Notes: generated by a model not told the origin, from the letters alone. Shown: positions 1 through 8,721, counted from the first letter of the stretch. The stretch: DNA of 11,616 nt from Fidelibacterota bacterium (GCA_027251445.1 JAPNQO010000059.1:1-11616), one strand, 5' to 3'. Made by a program: numbers and translations.

Positions 1-41
1 AATAGAATGAATAAATAAATAAGATAATTATCATTTTTCAT
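1..41 (-). CDS. Possible 5' end of a divergently transcribed gene (MKNDNYLIYLFIL...), truncated by the window edge
   Basis: Minus-strand ATG at 41-39 opens 13 codons that run off the window. The MK start and hydrophobic run resemble the signal peptides of neighbouring genes, but this is too short to exclude chance in AT-rich DNA. Confidence 0.3.
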   Translation of the reverse strand, partial: MKNDNYLIYLFIL

Positions 42-113
42 CAGATTAAAAAGTTAGTAATATTATTTTGAGTTGCCGATAATAATTTTGTTTAGCTTAA
101 TATTGATGCTATT

Positions 114-136
114 TAGATATTGATTAATGATATCTA
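114..136. promoter_or_regulatory. Inverted repeat TAGATAT-N9-ATATCTA upstream of the GH13 gene, candidate operator
   Basis: Perfect 7-bp arms at 114-120 and 130-136, about 30 nt before the likely ATG at 167. The AT-rich context makes chance occurrence plausible. Confidence 0.25.
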
Positions 137-166
137 TTAAAACATTCAATGTGTAGTTTGAGTATA

Positions 167-3079
167 ATGAAATCAATAAGGAATAATATATTTTTCATAT
201 TCTGTATGTTAGCATACCAACAGACGGTATATGCAGAAGTTGTGTATTCTGATCCGAATTTTGCCACGGAAATAGATTCAATTACTGTGTTTTTTAATGC
301 AGCGCAGGGGGATCAAGGTTTAATGGATTACACGGATGATATCTGGGCTCACACTGGAGTCATTACTTCTAATAGCACTCATTCAACTGATTGGAAATAT
401 GTAAAGACTAATTGGGGAGAAAACACCTCTGAGACGCAATTAATTTCTTTAGGTAATAATTTATGGAAATTGAATATTGGGTATCCCCGTGAATTTTATG
501 GTGTCCCAAATAATGAACAAATTTTACAATTAGCATTTGTATTCCGTAATCATAACGGAAGTGAATCAGGGAGAGATGTAGGAGGATCAGATATATTTTT
601 GGATCTATACGATGTAGGCGTTACTACAATAATTGTACATCCATCAATTAGTAATATATTTAATGATACTCGAAGAACGCCTGTTTTTTGTCAGCCAATG
701 GATACACTGGATATTATGGTCACAGGTGCAGCCATAGGGACTGAAATAGATAGTATTGAATTATTTATGGATGAAAATATCCAATTACACACAACAAGCA
801 ATGATTCATTAACAGTTCAAATTCTTCTCCAAGATATACCGTTAGGTATGCATTTAATCACAGCTGTTACACAGGATACTTCTGGTTTAAGGGATAGTAT
901 AGAATTTTCTGTTATGGTTCATAATAAACCTGCCAATATCCAGCGTCCTAATGGAATTCGAGATGGAATAACTTATAATGATGACAATCATCAATCAGTT
1001 ACGTTGTCATTATTCGCTCCATACAAGGAGTATGTGTATGTGATAGGGGATTTTAACAATTGGCTTGTGAGCGAAAGTTATTATATGCATATGGATTCAG
1101 GGTCAACTGATTCTAGTCATTTTTGGATTACAATAGATGATTTGTCGCAAGGGACGGAATATGCGTTTCAATATTTAGTTGATGGAGAAATTCGTATAGC
1201 TGATCCATATACTGATAAAATATTGGATAAGTGGAATGATAATGATATATCCAATATTACCTATCCAAGTTTAAAGCAGTATCCATTTGGACTCACAGAT
1301 CATATTGTTTCCATATTACAGACAGCGCAAATACCATTTGATTGGGATTATAGTGATTCATTTATTCGTCCAGATAAAGATCAATTAATCATTTATGAAC
1401 TATTGGTGAGGGACTTTATTTCCCGACATGATTTTCAAACATTAACAGATACGTTGGATTATTTGGAAGATTTAGGAATTAATGCTATAGAAATTATGCC
1501 TTTTAATGAATTTGAGGGAAACTCAAGCTGGGGCTATAATTCTTCGTTCTATTTTGCTCCTGATAAATATTATGGTTCAAAGATGATGCTAAAGTCTTTC
1601 ATTGATGAATGTCATCGCAGAGGAATAGCAGTAATTATGGATATTGTATTAAACCATAGTTATAGTCAATCTCCATTTGTACGATTATATAATTATGGAG
1701 AGTGGGGGTCGCCAACAGATGAAAACCCATGGTTCAATACGGAATCAAACTTTTCTAATCCCGATGCTCAATGGGGAAATGATTTAAATCATGAAAGTAT
1801 CCATACAAAGCAATTAGTAGATAGAATAAATCGTTATTGGATAGAGGAATATCATGTTGATGGTTTTCGATTTGATTTCACTAAAGGGTTTGGAAATAAT
1901 CCAAAAGGATCCAATGATCCATGGGGTAGTCAGTTTGATGCAGATCGTATAGCGCTTTTAAAGCGAATGACAGATCAGATTTGGGATATTGATACTACAA
2001 TCTATATTATTTTAGAACATTTTGCGGAAAACTCAGAAGAGATAAACTTGGCGAATTATGGCATGCTACTTTGGGGGAATTCTCAGTATAGCTACGCAGA
2101 AGCTTCCATGGGCTATCACACCAATAGTAAATCAGATTTTTCATGGGGTTATTATGGTTCACGTGGATGGAATAAACCGCATCTTGTAACCTATTTTGAA
2201 AGTCATGATGAAGAACGGTTAATGTATAAAAATCTTACTTGGGGCAATAATGCAGGGGATTACAATATAAAAGAATTACATACAGCTATTAATAGAGTAA
2301 AAGCTATTGGAGCTTTTTTCTTTACGATTCCTGGACCAAAAATGATATGGCAGTTTGGTGAACTGGGATACGATAACAGTATTGATGATCCTTGCCGTTT
2401 ATGCGAAAAACCAATATTATGGGATTATTTTGAGGATTATGAAAGAATAAGGCTATATAACACCTTCCAAGCATTAATTCATTTGCATCGACAGTATCCA
2501 ATTTTTAATAACTCCACTACTGAGGTGGATCTGGATTTGGGTAGCTCTACTGGTAAGAAAAGAATTCGATTGAGTTTTAATGATCAGAAAGCAGTTATAA
2601 TTGGAAATTTTAATGTAGTAAATCAATCTATTGATCCTGATTTTTTTCATACTGGAACATGGTATGATTATTTTTCAGGGGACAGTATTATTGTTTCCGA
2701 TTTGAATGAATCAATTAATCTAGATCCAGGACAGTTTCATATATATTCTAACTTTTACATAGATCCACCTGAGGATAATCTTCTATCAACGCATGCGCAA
2801 AGCGTTTTTTTACCGAATTCTATAGAAATAAAGCAAAACTATCCTAATCCATTTAACCCATCGACATTAATTCAAATTTCTAGTAGTGGAGACGAACAAA
2901 CAAGCTTGCAAATATTTGATATAAATGGAAAATTGGTAGATACATTGATGGATCGAAACTTTATTTCAGGAATAAATACATATCAGTGGAATGCTTCTTC
3001 CCATCCAAGTGGTATATATATTGCCAGGCTATCATCAGGCTCAATTACTAAATCTATCAAGATGCTATTAGTAAAGTAG
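167..3079 (+). CDS. Secreted GH13 alpha-amylase/pullulanase-family glycoside hydrolase with N-terminal accessory domains, CBM48-like module and C-terminal T9SS type A-like sorting domain
   Basis: GH13 regions present: DIVLNH, DGFRFD (nucleophile Asp, 1874), LEHF (acid/base Glu, 2015), ESHD (Asp, 2207), plus IYELLVRDF and SWGYN. CBM48-like segment LFAPYKEYVYVIGDFNNW...YQYLVDG. Tail has YPNPFNP (2840)...SGIY...KMLLVK. The frame is open from ATG 149; ATG 167 gives a typical signal peptide (MKSIRNNIFFIFCMLAYQQTVYA/E). Exact specificity cannot be assigned. Confidence 0.93.
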   Translation: MKSIRNNIFFIFCMLAYQQTVYAEVVYSDPNFATEIDSITVFFNAAQGDQGLMDYTDDIWAHTGVITSNSTHSTDWKYVKTNWGENTSETQLISLGNNLWKLNIGYPREFYGVPNNEQILQLAFVFRNHNGSESGRDVGGSDIFLDLYDVGVTTIIVHPSISNIFNDTRRTPVFCQPMDTLDIMVTGAAIGTEIDSIELFMDENIQLHTTSNDSLTVQILLQDIPLGMHLITAVTQDTSGLRDSIEFSVMVHNKPANIQRPNGIRDGITYNDDNHQSVTLSLFAPYKEYVYVIGDFNNWLVSESYYMHMDSGSTDSSHFWITIDDLSQGTEYAFQYLVDGEIRIADPYTDKILDKWNDNDISNITYPSLKQYPFGLTDHIVSILQTAQIPFDWDYSDSFIRPDKDQLIIYELLVRDFISRHDFQTLTDTLDYLEDLGINAIEIMPFNEFEGNSSWGYNSSFYFAPDKYYGSKMMLKSFIDECHRRGIAVIMDIVLNHSYSQSPFVRLYNYGEWGSPTDENPWFNTESNFSNPDAQWGNDLNHESIHTKQLVDRINRYWIEEYHVDGFRFDFTKGFGNNPKGSNDPWGSQFDADRIALLKRMTDQIWDIDTTIYIILEHFAENSEEINLANYGMLLWGNSQYSYAEASMGYHTNSKSDFSWGYYGSRGWNKPHLVTYFESHDEERLMYKNLTWGNNAGDYNIKELHTAINRVKAIGAFFFTIPGPKMIWQFGELGYDNSIDDPCRLCEKPILWDYFEDYERIRLYNTFQALIHLHRQYPIFNNSTTEVDLDLGSSTGKKRIRLSFNDQKAVIIGNFNVVNQSIDPDFFHTGTWYDYFSGDSIIVSDLNESINLDPGQFHIYSNFYIDPPEDNLLSTHAQSVFLPNSIEIKQNYPNPFNPSTLIQISSSGDEQTSLQIFDINGKLVDTLMDRNFISGINTYQWNASSHPSGIYIARLSSGSITKSIKMLLVK

Positions 3080-3101
3080 TTCTTTTTTGATATATATAAA
3101 T

Positions 3102-5432
3102 ATGCGTTTATTAGGATTAATTCTCTTTTCTTCTCTTATTATTGCTGATGATAGTTGGATGCTATACGATGATTCATCTGTTTCCAGAGTTGATATATTT
3201 GTTGACTCTCTTGCTTTAGAATGGATGTATGAATATGATAATGTGGAAAGTGACTCGTTGCATATGGCATATATTTATTACCAGAATGAATATATTAATG
3301 ATACCCTAGAACAGGTAGGCTTTCGGTTGCGAGGAAACACTTCTCGAGTATCTGAGAAGAAATCATTTAAACTTGATTTTAATCATTTTGTAACCGGTCG
3401 AGATTTTTATGGAGTTGAAAAAATCAATTTAAATGGAGAGCATAATGATGTATCTATTGTTCGTAGCAAATTAAGTTGGGATATTTTCAAGTCAATTGGA
3501 ATGGTGGCTACAAGAGCCAATCATATTGAAGTGTATATTAATGATAATTATTACGGTTTATATATTTCGGTTGAACATATCGATGATACCTTTTTAAACA
3601 GAAATTTTGAAAATGATACAGGGAATCTATGGAAATGTCTGTGGCCGGCAAATCTAGGCTATAGGGGACCAAACCCAAGTGATTACCATCCTTGGGTAGA
3701 TGATAATCGACCTTATGACTTAAAAACAAATGACGATGAATATGATTTTACACAACTAGCAAGATTAATTCATATTATAAATAACGATCCTGATTCTCTC
3801 GAGCATGTATTAGATGTTTCTGAGTTTATAAAATACCTTGCAATTAATATTTTAACGGGCGGATGGGATGATTACCGCTCTCTTCAAAATAATTTCTATT
3901 TATACCACCAACCAAATATTGATCGTTTTCTATTAATCCCTTATGATTATGATAATACTTTTGGTATCGATTGGTTTTCAATTAATTGGGACACGATAGA
4001 TCCATACACGTATTATTTGATTGCAGATAATGAGCGTCCCTTAGCAGATATAGTTTTTAACAATGAATCCTACAGAAATCTATTTTCAAGATATCTTCAG
4101 TTTTTTATTGATCATAATTTTAATTTAAGTGAGTGGGGGTACTGGATAGATAATACCAAAGATATGATTTATACATCTGCGTATAATGATACCTATAGAA
4201 CCTTGGATTATGGATTTACATATAATGATTTTATAAATTCATTTTCAGCGACTAACTATACAAATCAACATGTAAAAAACGGATTAAAAGAATTTATTAT
4301 AAATCGAGTTTCTTCATTAGAAAATCAGATCACATTAATAGATGGTAATCCGTTAGTTTATAAATATTGGGTGGAACCTGAAAATCCTCTTGAAGGAGAT
4401 ACTATTGTTATTCATGCTGCTGCATATGGGTATCCAAGTATTCAAAATATTAATATGATTACACATAATTTGAATGATGGATCATATCAAAGTTTTCCCA
4501 TGGATTATCAACCAATCTTTTCTGCATCCTCTCCGGAAAAGTTGGAAGATCATTGGGTGGTTACAATTCCACCAATGTCAAACACAGGAAATATAGGTTT
4601 ACGCTTTTTATCTACAAATATAGATGGCTCTACAGGGGTTTCTCCTCAAACTGGAGAATGGATTTTACATATAGCTTCTTCAGGTATTACAGAGAATATA
4701 TTTATCAATGAATTTCTAGCAATAAATAATACAGTTAATGTAGATGAATCTTCTGAATACGATGATTGGTTGGAATTATATAATAGCAGTTCCGATACCA
4801 TTAATTTGCATAATCATTATTTATCCGATGATCCTGATAATTTAACTAAATGGAAATTTCCTGATAATGATATCTTAATTGCTCCAGATGATTATTTAGT
4901 AATATGGTGTGATGATGATGAATCTCAAGGTATGTTGCATACAAACTTTAAAATTTCAGGTAGTGGAGAATTTATTGCTTTAACTAATCCAGATGGACTA
5001 TCGATAATTGATACATTATTTTTTAATGCTCAAATAGAAGATATTTCTTTTGGACGTTTTCCAGATGGATCTCCACAATGGATAAATATGAGCCCTACGC
5101 CTGGATCATCTAATATTCAAGGTTTGTCAACAATGAATAATATCATGATTCCAACCAAGTATTTTTTATATCCAAATTATCCAAACCCGTTTAATCCTGT
5201 TACACGTTTTACATATGATTTACCCATACAAAGTCAGGTCAAAATCTCCATATTCAATACGCTAGGACACGAAATAAAAACACTTATTAATAGAAAACAA
5301 AATAATGGTTCATACTCTATACAATGGGATGGTAGTGATAATCATGGAAACAGAGTGAGTTCGGGAGTATATCTATACCATTTGAATGCAAATTCATTTA
5401 ATCAAACTAGAAGAATGATATTATTGAAATAA
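3102..5432 (+). CDS. Secreted CotH kinase-family protein with lamin-tail domain and C-terminal FlgD-Ig/T9SS type A-like sorting domain
   Basis: CotH motifs RLRGNTSR, KKSFKLDF, GLYISVEHID, WDDY, NNFYLY, IPYDYDNTFG. Lamin-tail signature IFINEFLAIN...DDWLELYN...PTPGSSN at about 4698-5114. YPNPFNP at 5178, followed by WDG..SSGVYLY. The track starts at TTG 3087; ATG 3102 (MRLLGLILFSSLIIA/DD) is the more likely start. Confidence 0.9.
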   Translation: MRLLGLILFSSLIIADDSWMLYDDSSVSRVDIFVDSLALEWMYEYDNVESDSLHMAYIYYQNEYINDTLEQVGFRLRGNTSRVSEKKSFKLDFNHFVTGRDFYGVEKINLNGEHNDVSIVRSKLSWDIFKSIGMVATRANHIEVYINDNYYGLYISVEHIDDTFLNRNFENDTGNLWKCLWPANLGYRGPNPSDYHPWVDDNRPYDLKTNDDEYDFTQLARLIHIINNDPDSLEHVLDVSEFIKYLAINILTGGWDDYRSLQNNFYLYHQPNIDRFLLIPYDYDNTFGIDWFSINWDTIDPYTYYLIADNERPLADIVFNNESYRNLFSRYLQFFIDHNFNLSEWGYWIDNTKDMIYTSAYNDTYRTLDYGFTYNDFINSFSATNYTNQHVKNGLKEFIINRVSSLENQITLIDGNPLVYKYWVEPENPLEGDTIVIHAAAYGYPSIQNINMITHNLNDGSYQSFPMDYQPIFSASSPEKLEDHWVVTIPPMSNTGNIGLRFLSTNIDGSTGVSPQTGEWILHIASSGITENIFINEFLAINNTVNVDESSEYDDWLELYNSSSDTINLHNHYLSDDPDNLTKWKFPDNDILIAPDDYLVIWCDDDESQGMLHTNFKISGSGEFIALTNPDGLSIIDTLFFNAQIEDISFGRFPDGSPQWINMSPTPGSSNIQGLSTMNNIMIPTKYFLYPNYPNPFNPVTRFTYDLPIQSQVKISIFNTLGHEIKTLINRKQNNGSYSIQWDGSDNHGNRVSSGVYLYHLNANSFNQTRRMILLK

Positions 5433-5484
5433 TGATTAACCGTTTCTTATTCATCCAATTTGATTGCTATGTTTAGGTTGTAAA

Positions 5485-6105
5485 ATGTTGTGGTCTAGAT
5501 TTATACAACCTCGATTAATATCTTTCGCGTGTGGTACAAAACCATTTATGATACAAAGAACAAAAATTGTTCCTTTAGCTAAAGGGAATGTGTTAGAAAT
5601 AGGTATCGGATCAGGGCTTAATATTCCATTGTATAATAAGGATCGTGTAAAAAAAATAATTGGGGTAGATCCTTCAACAGAAATGCAATCTTTAGCCAAG
5701 GAGAGAATTAATGAATCCCCCGTAGATATAAAGCTTATTTCTGCAGATGCTGCACAAATCCCATTGGAAGATCAATCTATAGATACCATTGTATGCACCT
5801 ATACTCTATGTACGGTACCAAATCCCGAGGGAGTGCTAAAAGAAATGAAACGAATCTTAAGACCAGGAGGAAAGTTTCTATTTTCAGAGCATGGCCATGC
5901 ACCTGATGAACATGTAGTTAAGTTTCAACATCGAATTGAACCTGTATGGAAATTTCTTGCGGACGGCTGCCATTTGACACGATCCATACCAGAATTGTTA
6001 AGTGAAAACGGGATGAAACTTGATAAAATGGAAACAATGTATTTACCAAGCACTCCACGATTTGTTGGGTTTAATTATTGGGGAAGTGCAGTCAGTGATT
6101 CATAA
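5485..6105 (+). CDS. Class I SAM-dependent methyltransferase (Methyltransf_11; METTL7/PmtA-like group), substrate unknown
   Basis: Motif I VLEIGIGSGLN, acidic post-I GVDPS, DAAQIPLEDQSIDTIVCTYTLCTV, LRPGGKFLFSEHG and DGCHLTR. The track starts at 5464 (non-ATG); ATG 5485, preceded by AGGT at 5475-5478, is preferred. No signal peptide. Confidence 0.9.
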   Translation: MLWSRFIQPRLISFACGTKPFMIQRTKIVPLAKGNVLEIGIGSGLNIPLYNKDRVKKIIGVDPSTEMQSLAKERINESPVDIKLISADAAQIPLEDQSIDTIVCTYTLCTVPNPEGVLKEMKRILRPGGKFLFSEHGHAPDEHVVKFQHRIEPVWKFLADGCHLTRSIPELLSENGMKLDKMETMYLPSTPRFVGFNYWGSAVSDS

Positions 6106-6137
6106 TCATTAATATTGAATTTTAGGATGATAATTGT

Positions 6138-6269
6138 ATGAAAAAAAATATGTTATGGTTATTAGGCGTTATTATTTGGAATTTTGGATATCCTGGAGCT
6201 CTTCCAATCTATGATGTTGGTATGGCTATTATTTTAAAGCAGGTTTTTAACTTACCATATTTTAATTAA
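6138..6269 (+). CDS. Small 43-aa hydrophobic, probably membrane-associated protein MKKNMLWLLGVIIWNFGYPGALPIYDVGMAIILKQVFNLPYFN
   Basis: Translated by hand; not in the supplied track. AGGA at 6124-6127, ATG 6138, stop TAA 6267-6269 overlapping the next ATG (TAATG). It fills most of the 163-nt gap and has two hydrophobic segments around a GYPGALP turn. Confidence 0.72.
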   Translation: MKKNMLWLLGVIIWNFGYPGALPIYDVGMAIILKQVFNLPYFN

Positions 6270-7489
6270 TGCGTTTTATCCTTTTAATCATTTTTTGTAT
6301 CAATATTGCATCAGCAGATTGTATGGGTGATGTTAACTTTGATAATTCTATTGATACCGAAGATATAATCATGATGGTTCAGCATATTTTACATATGAAT
6401 ATTATGGATACAATAAGCTTTCAAAATGCAGATATGGATGGAAATTCAAACGTAAATATATATGACCTTTCAAGGTTAGTTGATATCATTATGGAATCAG
6501 AGGAATGCAACGGATTTACACCTATTGATTTGAGTCTGGATTGGGAAACAGAACAAGATGTATCGTATTTTGATTCCGAATTGTTAAATCAGGTTATCAA
6601 TGAAAATATTGGACAAATGCAGTCTATAAAAGGCATCGTTGTGATCCATAGAGGGAAAATTGTTGCTGAGGAATATTTTAATAATAGCTTCATGTCCGAG
6701 ACATATAATATATGGTCTGTGACCAAGAGCTATATATCGACCTTAGTAGGCCAGGCAATTGATCGTGGATATATTGAAGACCAGTATATCTATTTAAATA
6801 ATATTTTTACAGAAAATACATATACGAATCAAGTTACGATTGAACACTTATTAACGATGTCTTCAGGCTGGCCAGAAAACTGGGCATATATGTATTTACC
6901 AAATCCACTCAATACCATAATAAATACAGCTTTAATTTGGTCTCCTGGAAGCAGTTGGCTATATAATAATTCAGTATGCCATTTAAATTCTCATGTCATT
7001 AATGAATTAACAGAAATGAGTCCAAGGGCTTTTGCAATGGAAAATTTATTTCCACAGTTAGGCATAAGTGATCCATATTGGGCAGATGATCAAGCTGATA
7101 TTCATAATGGGTCGTACGATTTACACCTGACGCTTCGTGAAATGGTCAAACTCGGACAATTATACTTACAAGAGGGGCATTCTTTGAATGAAGAAGTATT
7201 ATCTATGGAATGGATAAATGAGGCTACATCTCCTCAAATAAACAATTGGTATGGATATTTATGGTGGCTCCCAGGTGTTGGCTATTTAGCTGTAGGTCTA
7301 GGAGGGCAGTATATTGCGGTAATTCCTGAATTAGACCTTGTAGTTGGAACTCATTCTACTACACAAAGTACCGATGCGTATACGGATCAATTGCTATCAT
7401 ATATCTATAATCAAATCGTTCCTATATTTGATTTTGAAGGAAGAGTAAATGATAGAACACTATACCTGGATCAAATTCGTGAATACTAA
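6269..7489 (+). CDS. Secreted serine hydrolase of the beta-lactamase/AmpC-NylB-like fold with an N-terminal dockerin-type (twin EF-hand-like) domain
   Basis: Signal peptide MRFILLIIFCINIASA/D. Duplicated Ca-loop GDVNFDNSIDTED...ADMDGNSNVNIYD at about 6326-6493. Catalytic SxxK (SVTK, 6716), HLLTMSSG, YNN (6962), YGYLWW. AVGLGGQ replaces the KTG triad, which is typical of esterase/amidase members rather than true beta-lactamases. Confidence 0.88.
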   Translation: MRFILLIIFCINIASADCMGDVNFDNSIDTEDIIMMVQHILHMNIMDTISFQNADMDGNSNVNIYDLSRLVDIIMESEECNGFTPIDLSLDWETEQDVSYFDSELLNQVINENIGQMQSIKGIVVIHRGKIVAEEYFNNSFMSETYNIWSVTKSYISTLVGQAIDRGYIEDQYIYLNNIFTENTYTNQVTIEHLLTMSSGWPENWAYMYLPNPLNTIINTALIWSPGSSWLYNNSVCHLNSHVINELTEMSPRAFAMENLFPQLGISDPYWADDQADIHNGSYDLHLTLREMVKLGQLYLQEGHSLNEEVLSMEWINEATSPQINNWYGYLWWLPGVGYLAVGLGGQYIAVIPELDLVVGTHSTTQSTDAYTDQLLSYIYNQIVPIFDFEGRVNDRTLYLDQIREY

Positions 7490-7506
7490 CCAATAGGATT
7501 ACCTGT

Positions 7507-8604
7507 TTGAAAATTTTATTACTGGAGCCATATTTTACTGGATCTCATAAATCTTGGGCAGAAGGATATCAATCTAACAGTGCTCATGAAATTAAAATCA
7601 TTTCTCTTCCTGGACAATTTTGGAAATGGAGAATGCATGGTGGAGCAATTACTATTGCAAAGGAGTTTTTACGATCAAATTTTCACCCTGATCTAATTAT
7701 CGCAACAGATATGCTGGATTTAACGACTTTTCTTAGTCTTACTAGGGAAAGAACTTCCCATATTCCTACGGTCTTATATTTTCATGAAAATCAAATAACC
7801 TACCCATGGTCAATAACAGATAGGGATGTACAGGAAAAAAGGGATGTTCATTATGGTTTTATCAATCTTTCATCCGCGTTGGCTGCAGATCATGTGTTAT
7901 TTAATTCACAGTATCATTTGGATTCCTTTATGTCTGGTGGAAAGAAAATATTAAAACACTTTCCAGATCATCAGGAGTTAGATGCTATAGATCAAATTCA
8001 ATCAAAAAGTCAGATATTATATCTTGGGATGGACTTAGTCCAGTTTGATGCTTATGAAAAGACAAATGAGGGAGACCCTCTCATTTTATGGAATCATCGT
8101 TGGGAATATGATAAAAATCCAGAATCATTTTTTCATTTGCTCTATCGATTGGATAAGGAAGGGTTTCCATTTGAAATTGCAATCTTGGGGGAAAGTTTTA
8201 AAACGACACCTAGTATTTTTGATGAGGCAAAAGACAAATTAAACGACAGAATTGTTCATTATGGATATTGCGATCATTTTAAAGACTATGCACAATGGCT
8301 ATGGAAAGCCGATATATTACCTGTAACGAGCAATCAGGACTTTTTTGGTATTAGTATTATGGAAGGGATATATTGTGGTGCATATCCCATTTTGCCAAGG
8401 CGGTTAGCATATCCTGAGCTTCTACCGGAATCATATCATTCTAATCATTTATATGATAGTGAGGATGACTTATATGAAATGGTAAAAGGGTGCATACAAG
8501 ATATCACTATGGTTCGTGAACATTCCATGGGGGATTGGATTCGAAAGTTTGATTGGAATACCATGGCTCCATCATATGATAAATTATTTAATTCATATAT
8601 TTAA
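7507..8604 (+). CDS. DUF3524-domain GT4/GT-B glycosyltransferase, homologous to animal GTDC1 (QTMAN, tRNA-queuosine alpha-mannosyltransferase)
   Basis: Motifs recalled from this family: EPYFTGSHK, WKWRM, LYFHENQITYP, RDVHYG, ADHVLFNS, WNHRWEYDKNPESFF, LGESF, DFFGISIME, YCGAYP, YPE. TTG start with AGGA at 7495-7498. No signal peptide. Confidence 0.88.
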   Translation: MKILLLEPYFTGSHKSWAEGYQSNSAHEIKIISLPGQFWKWRMHGGAITIAKEFLRSNFHPDLIIATDMLDLTTFLSLTRERTSHIPTVLYFHENQITYPWSITDRDVQEKRDVHYGFINLSSALAADHVLFNSQYHLDSFMSGGKKILKHFPDHQELDAIDQIQSKSQILYLGMDLVQFDAYEKTNEGDPLILWNHRWEYDKNPESFFHLLYRLDKEGFPFEIAILGESFKTTPSIFDEAKDKLNDRIVHYGYCDHFKDYAQWLWKADILPVTSNQDFFGISIMEGIYCGAYPILPRRLAYPELLPESYHSNHLYDSEDDLYEMVKGCIQDITMVREHSMGDWIRKFDWNTMAPSYDKLFNSYI

Positions 8605-8623
8605 TCATATATACTTATCTTAA

Positions 8624-8651
8624 TCTATATTAGGATATAGACGTTATTTTA
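8624..8651 (+). terminator. Weak hairpin TCTATAT-tagg-ATATAGA followed by a T-rich tract; possible terminator or operator
   Basis: 7-bp arms at 8624-8630 and 8635-8641, 20 nt after the glycosyltransferase stop, followed by cgttatttta. The stem is AT-rich and weak. Confidence 0.25.
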
Positions 8652-8715
8652 TAAATTATTAAAGGTTTTTTTTAGTTAATCGTAGGTTTAACGAATACGT
8701 TATTAGATAATTTGT

Positions 8716-8721
8716 AGGAGG
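8716..8721 (+). promoter_or_regulatory. Shine-Dalgarno AGGAGG
   Basis: Consensus AGGAGG ends 4 nt before ATG 8726. Confidence 0.75.

Noticed and set aside
3538..3729. 63-aa minus-strand ORF
   Set aside because: Lies antisense within the conserved CotH core and has no recognisable motif.
3102..5432. Sporulation inferred from CotH
   Set aside because: CotH domains occur widely in non-sporulating bacteria and no other spore genes are present.
5451..5699. 82-aa minus-strand ORF
   Set aside because: Antisense shadow of the methyltransferase gene.
6127..6141. Minigene ATG ATA ATT GTA TGA overlapping the small ORF start
   Set aside because: Four codons; its ATG overlaps the AGGA that better serves as SD for ATG 6138. 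Likely chance.
6269..7489. Antibiotic-resistance beta-lactamase call
   Set aside because: It has SxxK and YxN but AVG instead of KTG, plus a dockerin. Only the fold is supported, not resistance.
8045..8242. 65-aa alternate-frame ORF
   Set aside because: Nested in the glycosyltransferase across its most conserved motif, with no independent support.
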